A DNA stretch of 64,000 nucleotides, from IMG/VR virus record IMGVR_UViG_3300045988_174111, positions 32,001 to 96,000 of that record; one strand, written 5' to 3'. This stretch comes from a virus. Below, piece by piece: positions 53,439 through 61,810 of this stretch; the stretch's first letter is position 1, and each line of letters begins with the position of its first letter. The notes under the pieces are model-generated. The model saw nothing but the letters and a program-made list of their open reading frames with translations, was not told the origin of the DNA and made no database searches. Position numbers and translations under genes: made by a program.

Positions 53439-53663
53439 TTAAGTTGTTTTTCCAGCACCTTGCTGGCAATCAACAAATTTTTTAAAAACAATATTCCCAG
53501 AAACTGAATTGATTTTATCAATCAAACCTTGTCCAGTTAACTTGTCAAGAATATTCTTTTCTGTCAAACTATCTAAGATACTAGAAGGGTTCTCCTGCTG
53601 TTTCTGAACAGCAGATAAAAGTTCATCAACTTTTGCCCCAGTAAATTTCGATTTATATGCCAT
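53439..53663 (-). CDS. hypothetical protein (74 aa)
   Basis: ORF in the array, 2 nt upstream of the next ATG. Confidence 0.5.
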   Translation of the reverse strand: MAYKSKFTGAKVDELLSAVQKQQENPSSILDSLTEKNILDKLTGQGLIDKINSVSGNIVFKKFVDCQQGAGKTT

Positions 53664-53689
53664 AATACATTATCTTTATTCGTAAATAA

Positions 53690-54157
53690 TTATACAAATT
53701 TTTCCCATTCCACATGAATTTCTTTTTTCATCATATCATTTATCCATTCATCAAAAATCTTTCCTTCATGTCCATTTGGGTTCATTAGCATTTTGTAAGC
53801 GGTATCAAAACAAGAAATTTCCTCTTTAATTGGAGTTGGAACAAACATAGAATATGACAAATTGGCCAAATAAACAACGTCGCCCATAAGTTTTTCTGGG
53901 ACAGAAAAGCCAAGATTCTTCATTGCCTTCTTAACCTGTTCAAAAGACCAAGTATGCTGATAATTATTTGAATTTTTCAGCATTTTACTCGCATATTCAG
54001 ATAATTTCTCATTGAAATGGTACCCGTACTTCCCCAAATATTTCTGATACGCTTCATCGGAAGCCAGCTCAATATATTTGTCATTTAGACTCATGGTAGG
54101 AGCTGGGTTCATGCTTTTCAGCAATTTCCGAATTATAATATACTTCAAGAATATCAT
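53690..54157 (-). CDS. hypothetical protein (155 aa)
   Basis: ATG 4 nt after the upstream stop. No motif recognised. Confidence 0.5.
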   Translation of the reverse strand: MIFLKYIIIRKLLKSMNPAPTMSLNDKYIELASDEAYQKYLGKYGYHFNEKLSEYASKMLKNSNNYQHTWSFEQVKKAMKNLGFSVPEKLMGDVVYLANLSYSMFVPTPIKEEISCFDTAYKMLMNPNGHEGKIFDEWINDMMKKEIHVEWEKFV

Positions 54158-54161
54158 AACA

Positions 54162-54662
54162 TCACTGTTTTGGGTTAAAGTTTTTCAAAACTTTCTCAAA
54201 CATTTCTTGCTGGGTTTGAAGCATATCTTTCATTTCTCTGACAGAAGTCTCAATCTGACTAAATCTCTTTTCGGTTTCTTGTTTCTCTTTTAGAACCGGA
54301 TTCAATTCCATTAAAAGCTTTGAACTCTCTTCCAAATCTTTTTCTACCTTCGGACGCTCCTTCAAATACTGCTCTGCTTTGTTTTTTATAGCTTCCAGCT
54401 CACTGATTATACCATTCTTATCTGTTGCTAATATGATGTCCCCAGAAGATGAAATACACAAATTTTCAGGAACAATGTATGTCGCGCTCTTATCTCCGGC
54501 CTCAATAACTAAATCGACAACCATTTTCCCCATTGTCATTGGATTTGTATTATCGATATGCGGGAATGTATTTGAAACAACGCGCCCCTCTGTATAGGAG
54601 AAATTTTGTTTATCCAAAATGTAAATCGGATAACTCTGCTTAACATCTCTGAATTGTAACAT
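54162..54662 (-). CDS. hypothetical protein with a C-terminal coiled coil (166 aa)
   Basis: ORF starting just downstream of the terminator at 54676-54712. Glu/Lys-rich heptad-like C-terminal half. Confidence 0.55.
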   Translation of the reverse strand: MLQFRDVKQSYPIYILDKQNFSYTEGRVVSNTFPHIDNTNPMTMGKMVVDLVIEAGDKSATYIVPENLCISSSGDIILATDKNGIISELEAIKNKAEQYLKERPKVEKDLEESSKLLMELNPVLKEKQETEKRFSQIETSVREMKDMLQTQQEMFEKVLKNFNPKQ

Positions 54663-54675
54663 AATTTTCTATTTT

Positions 54676-54712
54676 TAAATAAAAGAGCCTCAAACAAATA
54701 TTGAGGCTCTTT
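54676..54712 (-). terminator. Rho-independent terminator
   Basis: On the minus strand: AAAGAGCCUCAA-UAUUUGU-UUGAGGCUCUUU followed by UAUUU. 12-bp perfect stem, 7-nt loop, 18 nt after the stop of ORF 54731-55150. Confidence 0.8.
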
Positions 54713-54730
54713 CTGTTATTCAACCATAAT

Positions 54731-55150
54731 TTATGAAGCAGCGGCAGCAGCTTCAATAGATACGACGATAGAATCATTAATCAACATACAGTTACCTTGC
54801 GCACGTACTAATCTCCCTACAGATGTAATCGTTGGTTGAACAGTCGGCAACGCTGTTTGCCCCTGAAACGCAACATCAAAATGTTCCGTAATAGGTTGCC
54901 CGTTGTTGTTACATCCGCAATTATTGAACTGAGGAATGTTGATTGTTGCAGTTATCGGTACGTAAACGGTACTTCCTGATAGAATAGGAGTTCCGCTTGC
55001 GTATTGAATCGTGACAGGAATATTGCTTGCCGCTCCCATCATTGAACATACTGATTTACACAACTTTTCTCTGAATGTTGCCATAGTTGACAACTGGTTA
55101 GCAGTCAGTGCTGTTGTTGCTAACCCTACTGGGGATAATGATACTGACAT
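54731..55150 (-). CDS. hypothetical protein (139 aa), Ala/Thr/Val/Gln-rich; second gene of a self-contained cassette
   Basis: No family recognised. Features: NNCGCNNNGQP and a C-terminal EAAAAAS. Visibly more GC-rich codons than its neighbours (by eye). Confidence 0.6.
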   Translation of the reverse strand: MSVSLSPVGLATTALTANQLSTMATFREKLCKSVCSMMGAASNIPVTIQYASGTPILSGSTVYVPITATINIPQFNNCGCNNNGQPITEHFDVAFQGQTALPTVQPTITSVGRLVRAQGNCMLINDSIVVSIEAAAAAS

Positions 55151-55168
55151 AGCTATACCCTTTCATCA

Positions 55169-55294
55169 TTAATAGCCGATACCATTACCACCGCCAAAAA
55201 GACCGTTACCACTGTTTGCACCTGCCATAAAAGGCAACCAACTACTGCCCCAACCATTGTCGCAACAGTAAACTTTCTCCATTGTAGAGTCCAT
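55169..55294 (-). CDS. unannotated small ORF (41 aa), Gly/Trp/Cys-rich peptide
   Basis: Not in the ORF track (below its size cutoff). Hand translation: MDSTMEKVYCCDNGWGSSWLPFMAGANSGNGLFGGGNGIGY, then TAA. A TAnnTTTG box lies 42 nt upstream. The next gene starts 18 nt downstream. Confidence 0.4.
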   Translation of the reverse strand: MDSTMEKVYCCDNGWGSSWLPFMAGANSGNGLFGGGNGIGY

Positions 55295-55335
55295 AAATAA
55301 AAAATTTAAATTAATAATTTAAGTTAACTACACTA

Positions 55336-55343
55336 CAAAATTA
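55336..55343 (-). promoter_or_regulatory. Bacteroidota-type -7 promoter box (TAATTTTG)
   Basis: The minus strand reads TAATTTTGTAGTG, 42 nt upstream of the ATG at 55294, at the end of the largest noncoding gap in the window. Confidence 0.45.
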
Positions 55344-55541
55344 CTAATTTTATTTTTCAATAAAAACTTCACATCAATACATCAGAACACCTCTCCCCTC
55401 TAAATAATCAAAATGCTGCAAGGAATTTTATGCGCTCCCCGATAGCACATCTTACATGGCTGGTTAAATCCAATGCGGCCTTCTTACAACCGTACCTTGC
55501 AACATTTTTCTAAATTATTTTTTATTTTCCTAGTTAAAAAC

Positions 55542-55775
55542 CTACAGACACCCGATAACAATACCCACCGCATCGGCTATCAGGTCTTTCTTGTCGAATG
55601 TACCTTTCTTCAAAAACTTGTCCCACGCGAATTCCTTGGCTATACCGATGAAAGCTGCAATCAGTACAGCAATCCACATCGGAAGAAAGATATTCACTAA
55701 AACTACAATAAGATTGCTCACAATTATATGCTTCAATCCATCAAATCCAAAATAATCGAAAACTTTGTTTATCAT
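55542..55775 (-). CDS. small multi-pass membrane protein (77 aa); holin-like size, function unknown
   Basis: Hydrophobic segments HIIVSNLIVVLVNIFL, MWIAVLIAAFIGIA and LIADAVGIVIGCL. Confidence 0.5.
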   Translation of the reverse strand: MINKVFDYFGFDGLKHIIVSNLIVVLVNIFLPMWIAVLIAAFIGIAKEFAWDKFLKKGTFDKKDLIADAVGIVIGCL

Positions 55776-56041
55776 ATCTCTTCTTCTTTATTACTCCATT
55801 TCTCACTTTTAAGTAGATTATTCAATTCATCTGTATTATATTCATAATTTGGATAAGTCCATTGGATAACTCTATTCTCATCCGTAGGAAGAATACTCAT
55901 ATCTAATGCTTGTCTTTTTTCTAAAAGAGTTTCTTCATGTACGATTACCTCTGTTCCATCAATACTCTTTCTATGAGTTTCTAATTCTTTTTCTGTGAAG
56001 ATTATTTTAGCATCTTCTATAGGTAACACAATAAACTTCAT
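55772..56041 (-). CDS. hypothetical protein (89 aa)
   Basis: ORF with a 4-nt overlap onto the downstream membrane-protein gene. Confidence 0.5.
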   Translation of the reverse strand: MKFIVLPIEDAKIIFTEKELETHRKSIDGTEVIVHEETLLEKRQALDMSILPTDENRVIQWTYPNYEYNTDELNNLLKSEKWSNKEEEI

Positions 56042-56061
56042 ATTTCTTTAAATTTAATGGT

Positions 56062-56721
56062 TTAACTTACTTCTATTTCATCTACTCCGTCTAATAAATT
56101 ATATTTCTTGATTATAGCATTTATTTGTTCTTCGGTTAGAGCTTCTTTGAAGCCGAGGAATTTGTAGAGTGCCATATCGCTATAATATCCTGAATTGGTA
56201 GCATTAGCCCCAATAGTCGGTCTACTTTCTTGTACTTCATCATTAGTTAATACGTAAATAAGTTGTTTTTTATTAATTAATTCATTAACTTTAATACTAC
56301 GATTTAACATTCCATTAATAAAAGTATCATATTTATTTCTCTCGCAATATGCTACAAAATTACCATTGTTAAAAAAAATGGCATACTCCATATATTTCTC
56401 TAAAGTATTTTTTCTTTGGTCGTATAATATCATGCCACCTAATTTTTTATACAATGGATTACAAAGCATAAACATAGTCTTAAACCCACTATCAAAAGCA
56501 TCAAGATTTACATAATCATCTACGCCATCAAAGACTAATGCACCATCCTTATATCCACTACCTTGTTCATTCCAAGCAAAGTTATGAGCAACAGCATCAT
56601 TTCCATTACCACTATAATCCTTTATAGTATCTCTTGTTTCATCATCATTACTTCCTTGACTAAAATCATAATAACAATCAGGAGTAGGAATTTTCAGATG
56701 GAAGAAGATATTCGGGGTCAA
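56062..56721 (-). CDS. LamG/concanavalin-like domain protein (intact paralog)
   Basis: DYSGNGNDAVAHNFAWNEQGSGYKDGALVFDGVDDYVNL is typical of Laminin_G_3-type domains. Start is uncertain: TTG at 56721, with no in-frame ATG before residue 83. Confidence 0.55.
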   Translation of the reverse strand: MTPNIFFHLKIPTPDCYYDFSQGSNDDETRDTIKDYSGNGNDAVAHNFAWNEQGSGYKDGALVFDGVDDYVNLDAFDSGFKTMFMLCNPLYKKLGGMILYDQRKNTLEKYMEYAIFFNNGNFVAYCERNKYDTFINGMLNRSIKVNELINKKQLIYVLTNDEVQESRPTIGANATNSGYYSDMALYKFLGFKEALTEEQINAIIKKYNLLDGVDEIEVS

Positions 56722-57763
56722 TATATTTTCTAATAAATGCTTTTATTTCTTGTTCGTCTAAGCTGCGGTCGAAGAGATAGGTGGAGTAGAAAGCAAAATT
56801 AGAACGTCCCATATGATTATCTCTAACAATCCCAATCCATAATTTATTTCCATCTATGCCATTTCCTGATAATATGTTATCACCATTATATACATTTTTA
56901 TTTGCATAAGAAATTTCTGAATCCAAATGATTTACATTATTCATCATACCATAATTCCAAACCTCCATTTTATTTGTACCAAGATTATTTTTTTTCAAAT
57001 ATAAATGCTCCTCGACCAACAGAATATGATTTTGATAAAATACAAAAATCTTTTTTATAATCAAGAATTTCTCTTTTGCAGATAATAGTATAATCCGTCA
57101 AAATCGGCATATTCTCATTAATACCATAATCATCTACTCCGTCAAATATTAGAGCATCAGGGTATTCGGGAAGAAGTTCAATAAGAACATCGCATGTTAT
57201 TGATTCATTAGTATTTTTTATTATAATGTATCTATAATAATCAATATTTTCATTTAACTGATTTATTTCATAAATACCATCTTGCGTTATATTAATTATT
57301 TCTGTTATTTTAGAACCTACTACATAATCAATTTTAAAACTAGTGACATTCCCAGTTATACCTTTTACTTTTATTTTATATTTTGGTAAGTTGGATAATT
57401 TGGTTTTTTCTATAAAAACAATACTTGTTATATTTTTTACAATTTGAGAAATATGTATTGTATGTTCACTTATTTCTTTTATATAAAAACTATCGTCTTT
57501 GGTAATCCAATTTTTATAATTAGCCCAATACCCCCCTACCCACTCATCTCACTAAAAGCAAATCCATTCAAAGTAATATCATGTCCATTACCTGTCAAAT
57601 CTTTAAGAGTTGCTCTATCTGCATCATCATTAGTTTTACCTTTTGCTGACCATGCGGCAATAAGACCTGGATAAGAAATAGAGCCTCCTGAACCCCCTTT
57701 TCCCTTCAGCCTTCTGTATTTAAACAGGCTTATTCCAAGCCCTAAATTCATTCCTAAACTCAT
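56678..57763 (-). pseudogene. LamG-like paralog broken by two frameshifts at homopolymers (or needing two recoding events)
   Basis: Three consecutive open segments. Frame a: 57763-57536 (...DLTGNGHDITLNGFAFSEMSG, then TAG). Frame b: open from about 57541 to 56985 (WVGGYWANYKNW...DALIFDGVDDYG...FIFEKK, then TAA). Frame c: 57064-56678 (...LFDRSLDEQEIKAFIRKY...). Junctions are at GGGTAGGGGGG (57531-57541) and A8 (56988-56995). Confidence 0.6.
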
Positions 57764-57765
57764 AA

Positions 57766-58098
57766 TCAGATTCCAATTGACAATTTAGTAACAGTTGTCC
57801 CCTCAAAAATTATCGTGTCAACAAGATACAGCATAGGGGTGCCAATGAACGCACTCACTTCTTCCGAAGAAATTGTATATATTTCACCAGTATTTCCTGA
57901 AAGTTTCACTTTAATCACCCCTTCTGAAAGAGGAATGATTATAAATGGAAAGTGCTTTCCGTTATTCCCTTCAACAAAAATGTCTTCTGCTATTTCTTGA
58001 AAATTCCAAGCCTGACTAATAGTATTTGGAGAAACCAATCCATTTGGATTTGTACTCTGAACTTTATTCAATCCAATTGTAATTATATCCTTTTTCAT
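57766..58098 (-). CDS. hypothetical protein (110 aa)
   Basis: ORF in the array, 2 nt upstream of the LamG-like gene start. Confidence 0.5.
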   Translation of the reverse strand: MKKDIITIGLNKVQSTNPNGLVSPNTISQAWNFQEIAEDIFVEGNNGKHFPFIIIPLSEGVIKVKLSGNTGEIYTISSEEVSAFIGTPMLYLVDTIIFEGTTVTKLSIGI

Positions 58099-58153
58099 AA
58101 CCGTAAAATTTTATTGAAAATACAAGTTTTATTTTTAAAACCAAAATCAAAAA

Positions 58154-58804
58154 TCATTCCTTTATGGAAATAGCATCTCTAATCACAAATTTTTTCACGA
58201 TTTCAGGGCGAATAATCGAACAATAGTCATCAATGCCCTCAACTTCAATAGATACATTTTTAATCAAAATTGGCTGTGGGAACAATGAATTTTCAGCAAT
58301 AAGCTCATTCATACTGAAATTAAACTTTATAAATTCCTCTTCTAAAGTATTACGAGCTCCTACCAGCAATGCATAAAGCACTTCCCCAATCAAAATTGAC
58401 TCAAGCATATTCTCACTAAGGCACATCAAATCAATTTTTGACAAAGCTGGCTGCCGAAAACCTTCCCTTTCATATTCAGGCTTTCCATATGCGTCAAGTG
58501 TCATTTCTCCAAAGCCCCCTAAAGGTGATTCTATATTCTGAGAGCGTCCTGGCTCTCTAACTATAATACAAGGAAGGTGAGTTTTATCTTTAGGATATTC
58601 CATTTTCACCTGTAATTTTCGAGGTGAGGAATTCGCCCTTAAAAACAATTTTTTTGCTTGAGAATAAAAATCAAAACTTCCATCAGAAATTCCATAGAAC
58701 ATGTGATATAGAAAAGTTTCACTTTCAGGAACATTTTCAAAATCATTCTGAACATAGCTCAGAAGCCCCTCGACCATTTGTTTTATTCTAGAAATAAGTA
58801 TCAT
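58154..58804 (-). CDS. virion morphogenesis protein, neck/tail-completion module (216 aa)
   Basis: Position between the head genes and the accessory block. No family recognised. Confidence 0.4.
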   Translation of the reverse strand: MILISRIKQMVEGLLSYVQNDFENVPESETFLYHMFYGISDGSFDFYSQAKKLFLRANSSPRKLQVKMEYPKDKTHLPCIIVREPGRSQNIESPLGGFGEMTLDAYGKPEYEREGFRQPALSKIDLMCLSENMLESILIGEVLYALLVGARNTLEEEFIKFNFSMNELIAENSLFPQPILIKNVSIEVEGIDDYCSIIRPEIVKKFVIRDAISIKE

Positions 58805-58809
58805 AAATT

Positions 58810-59577
58810 TTAAATTTGACTTAAAAATTCATCAATAACTATATTTGCAACTTCGGAAATCTGTGATTCATCCAATGCTTTGTCCATAAATTTTTTCGCT
58901 TCAAACCCAGGATGAATCCAACTTAATACGTCACTTTTATCGCTCACCCTCCTGAAAGTAAAATATCCGCCACGATTCTCTTGATTCGTAGAAGAAATGT
59001 CAATCCTAACAAGACCCTGATATTTGGGGGCTTTGTGAACATATTCAGGAATTATTCCGTTTGAAGTTTGAATTGCCTTTCGCCGCCCAACCTGAGCATA
59101 CTGTTCCGGGAGCTGAGACTTTTTCAGTGGTTGAATGCTTTTCTTTGCAATCCCATAAATTTCTTTAGGGAGCTGATTCTGAAAAATCATTGATTCTGCA
59201 ACAGCTCCTGGAGTCGCATATCTAAATGGTATTGTCAAATACCAACCCCCGTCCAATTTTACCTTCTTCTTTGAAGAACCTTGAAAACCAATTTTCTCAT
59301 CAAACGGGGGTTTTCCTTCTTCAATCGCTAAAGCCAACCCATCTTCTCCAGGAGCCAAACCAAATACAACTTCCGTCGAGCTTACTCTGTCAACGTACAT
59401 TGCCCTTTTATACAGCTTCCTTGTCTTCTGTAAGCCTCTATTTACAAGGTTTTCCCACTTGTGCGTATATTCGGTAACGATTCTATTTATAATCTCGCTA
59501 CCGAGCGATTCAGCCTGAGCACCAGTTAGTGCGAACTCAGCAACAATCTCACTTAAATCAACGTGTATCGGTATCAT
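58810..59577 (-). CDS. virion morphogenesis protein, head-tail joining module (255 aa)
   Basis: Position only. Overlaps its upstream neighbour by 20 nt. Confidence 0.4.
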   Translation of the reverse strand: MIPIHVDLSEIVAEFALTGAQAESLGSEIINRIVTEYTHKWENLVNRGLQKTRKLYKRAMYVDRVSSTEVVFGLAPGEDGLALAIEEGKPPFDEKIGFQGSSKKKVKLDGGWYLTIPFRYATPGAVAESMIFQNQLPKEIYGIAKKSIQPLKKSQLPEQYAQVGRRKAIQTSNGIIPEYVHKAPKYQGLVRIDISSTNQENRGGYFTFRRVSDKSDVLSWIHPGFEAKKFMDKALDESQISEVANIVIDEFLSQI

Positions 59578-60364
59578 CGTTGTGTATTATCCCACCTCCA
59601 TCATAATTAGGGCGTTGAATGTCAATTAAATGGGTTCTTCTTCCAATTGCCTGAATCGGCATCTTTAATATTTGGAATTGACCGCTCTTTTTATCCTTAC
59701 CTAAAGAAGCACGAATTTCATGAGGTAAATCAATAATGTGATATTCAACCCTATGCTTGTATAGCACAGAAACACCAGCTTCCGGTCGAACCTTCCCTGT
59801 TTTAAATCTAAGGCAATACGGATTTTCCGGAACTATCTCATAGTCAGAAGCCGATAACTTAATAAGAGGCAAATCGGAAGACTCATAAATGTACACTGCC
59901 ACGATACCGTTCTCTATTGGGGCATAAGAAAGAAAAACAGCAATCTCATCACCTATCATCTCTTTCGCAACTAACATTTCCGTAAACGAAGCATATTCGT
60001 CCTCAACAGTCACCCTGTCAAAATAGGAAAGAAAGTCTTTGTCTTCATCTCGAACAGTAATTGATGCAGTCCCCATTAGTTCAGGAGACCACTGGACATA
60101 CTGCGTATTTCGATTCAATCCAGTAATTAACGCTTTTGTCCGAGTTGGGTTTATGAAAAAATACCCAAACCCATGGCAATTTTGACAGTCTGGCAAAGGA
60201 CTTCCGGAATCGCCTTGACATGGGCATCTTATTGCTTTCTCGCAAATTATATCATAGCCATGTGACCAAATAACTGAATTAAAGTCATTGGGGCGAAATG
60301 AAACCTGTGGCTGGCCATACAAAGATTGGTCAGGAGCGTTTGAAATAAATCTTTCGTTCATCAT
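59558..60364 (-). CDS. virion morphogenesis protein with a Cys-rich motif (268 aa)
   Basis: CPCQGDSGSPLPDCQNCHGFGYF. Position in the head-tail connector block. Confidence 0.4.
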   Translation of the reverse strand: MMNERFISNAPDQSLYGQPQVSFRPNDFNSVIWSHGYDIICEKAIRCPCQGDSGSPLPDCQNCHGFGYFFINPTRTKALITGLNRNTQYVQWSPELMGTASITVRDEDKDFLSYFDRVTVEDEYASFTEMLVAKEMIGDEIAVFLSYAPIENGIVAVYIYESSDLPLIKLSASDYEIVPENPYCLRFKTGKVRPEAGVSVLYKHRVEYHIIDLPHEIRASLGKDKKSGQFQILKMPIQAIGRRTHLIDIQRPNYDGGGIIHNDDTDTR

Positions 60365-61161
60365 ACAACAACCATACGAATTTCGTCATACACTAATTTC
60401 AATCTCTTTACAGTCTCTTTTATTTCACGCTCATACTGAACCAAACGTGCCCCGTATCCCGCATTTGTGGCAGAAGATGTCGAACTAATTGATTGGCTCA
60501 ACCCATCAACACCTAGAGACTGAGAAGCAATACCCGCACCAAGAATCAAGTCTCCGGCAACACCTAGAGGGCCAAAGGTCGCTAATTTTCCAGTAAGATT
60601 TATCAAGTCCATTGGCATATGGTCAATATCGAAACCAGTAATGTACTGAAAATCCCAATAGTCAGGAATCATTCTGAAATGCTGACTTCCCAATTGAGTA
60701 GTCAATCCACTCAGAATCACTTCTGCATTAGCAGTTGCAACAGCCGAACCAGTCGGAACAATTGAAACTCTTCGCTTAAATAAGCCATAACTATTTTGAT
60801 GAGTTGTAAGCCACTGTGTCGGATAGGAAATTTGTTCCAAATTATTGAACCGACCCGTCAACGAAATCGGCTTGTTGACGGGGTAATTCGTGAATAAAAT
60901 TGGAAAACTTTGCCAATAATCTGCTCGATAAAATGTCAACTTCTCTTGGTCAATGAATTGACGCATCAATTTAAGATTGAAAAAATTCTCAACTTCTTTC
61001 TGCGCTGCCTGAATATAGAACCTCATGCTTTCATTGCTAAATGATGTTCCATCTCCGCCCTGTATAGTTATCCCATACAGATACAAGGAAAAAATTTCAG
61101 AGGGGTTAAATATCATCCCAGTGTTTTTCCGATACTTCATTGTCAAAACAAGTTGTCCCAT
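60361..61161 (-). CDS. virion morphogenesis protein (266 aa)
   Basis: Position downstream of the capsid gene block. 4-nt overlap with the next gene. Confidence 0.4.
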   Translation of the reverse strand: MGQLVLTMKYRKNTGMIFNPSEIFSLYLYGITIQGGDGTSFSNESMRFYIQAAQKEVENFFNLKLMRQFIDQEKLTFYRADYWQSFPILFTNYPVNKPISLTGRFNNLEQISYPTQWLTTHQNSYGLFKRRVSIVPTGSAVATANAEVILSGLTTQLGSQHFRMIPDYWDFQYITGFDIDHMPMDLINLTGKLATFGPLGVAGDLILGAGIASQSLGVDGLSQSISSTSSATNAGYGARLVQYEREIKETVKRLKLVYDEIRMVVV

Positions 61162-61166
61162 CTATC

Positions 61167-61727
61167 TTACTCTTTAGTAACTTTAATCAAAAAATCAATA
61201 ATTTCTGCTTTTGTCTTGTCAGCCACTGAAGTCATGTCTACACCGCTGTCCTGGCCAAAAGCAATCAGCTCATCCTTTTTCATGGATGAAAATTCCTTTC
61301 TGAGTTTTTCATCTTCACCTTCTTCCATTACAGGGGTTTCTTCGGCAGGCTTCAAAACTTCAGGATTTGACATGCTCTCCGCAAGTTTCATGCGAGCTTC
61401 CCGTTCCTTTTCGTACTCCGCCTTCCAATTTGAAACTTCCTGAGTCAATTCATCAATCTTCTTTTTATAGGAAGTAGAAATATTTGTCAGCCGAGCAATT
61501 TCTTTCTGGTACCATTCTTCTTTGTCCTTAAAATCAGACTTCATCTGTACCTCTTTTGGCGTATGAAAAGCTGGCTGTTTACCATTCTCATACACATCAG
61601 GAATTCCGAGCTTTAAGATTTCCTTTCCAAAGCTGTCATCAACATCTGCAACACAATTTACGAACTTTACTTGTTTCCCATTATAATTAATGGTTTTATT
61701 TCCTGCTTTTCGATTAAATAACTTCAT
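61167..61727 (-). CDS. hypothetical head-associated protein with a coiled coil (186 aa)
   Basis: First ORF after the capsid-gene terminator. Glu/Lys-rich helical C-terminal half. Confidence 0.45.
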   Translation of the reverse strand: MKLFNRKAGNKTINYNGKQVKFVNCVADVDDSFGKEILKLGIPDVYENGKQPAFHTPKEVQMKSDFKDKEEWYQKEIARLTNISTSYKKKIDELTQEVSNWKAEYEKEREARMKLAESMSNPEVLKPAEETPVMEEGEDEKLRKEFSSMKKDELIAFGQDSGVDMTSVADKTKAEIIDFLIKVTKE

Positions 61728-61747
61728 GATGATAATTCTTTTTAATT

Positions 61748-61784
61748 AAATAAAAATAGGGATGGGATACATTACCCCATCCCC
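61748..61784 (-). terminator. Rho-independent terminator after the putative major capsid gene
   Basis: On the minus strand: GGGAUGGG-GUAAUGUAU-CCCAUCCC followed by UAUUUUUAUUU, 27 nt after the stop at 61811. Confidence 0.75.
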
Positions 61785-61810
61785 ATCAATCAAACGTACA
61801 ACAAACGGCA

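Noticed and set aside
53437-53469. The TTG-initiated 11-codon extension (MPARCWKNNLI) of the small adhesin-module gene.
   Set aside because: It would overlap the upstream ORF by 31 nt and starts at TTG. The ATG at 53436 lies 2 nt after the upstream stop, matching the spacing pattern of the rest of the array.
55420-55505. A possible tRNA in the large noncoding gap (GGTTAAATCC resembles a T-arm; GCAAGG/CCTTGC could be an acceptor stem).
   Set aside because: I could not draw a cloverleaf. The would-be T-stem does not pair, the paired ends enclose 71 nt (83 nt in all) with no D-arm or anticodon-arm complementarity, and the T-loop consensus (TTCGA/TTCAA flanked by a 5-bp stem) is absent. It needs tRNAscan-SE to exclude formally.
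57536-57538. TAG stop-codon reassignment (as in some gut phages) as an explanation for the in-frame TAG in the LamG-like gene.
   Set aside because: Reading through the TAG in the same frame hits a TAA after 17 codons, and the homologous continuation is in a different frame. All other genes in the window are intact under the standard code.
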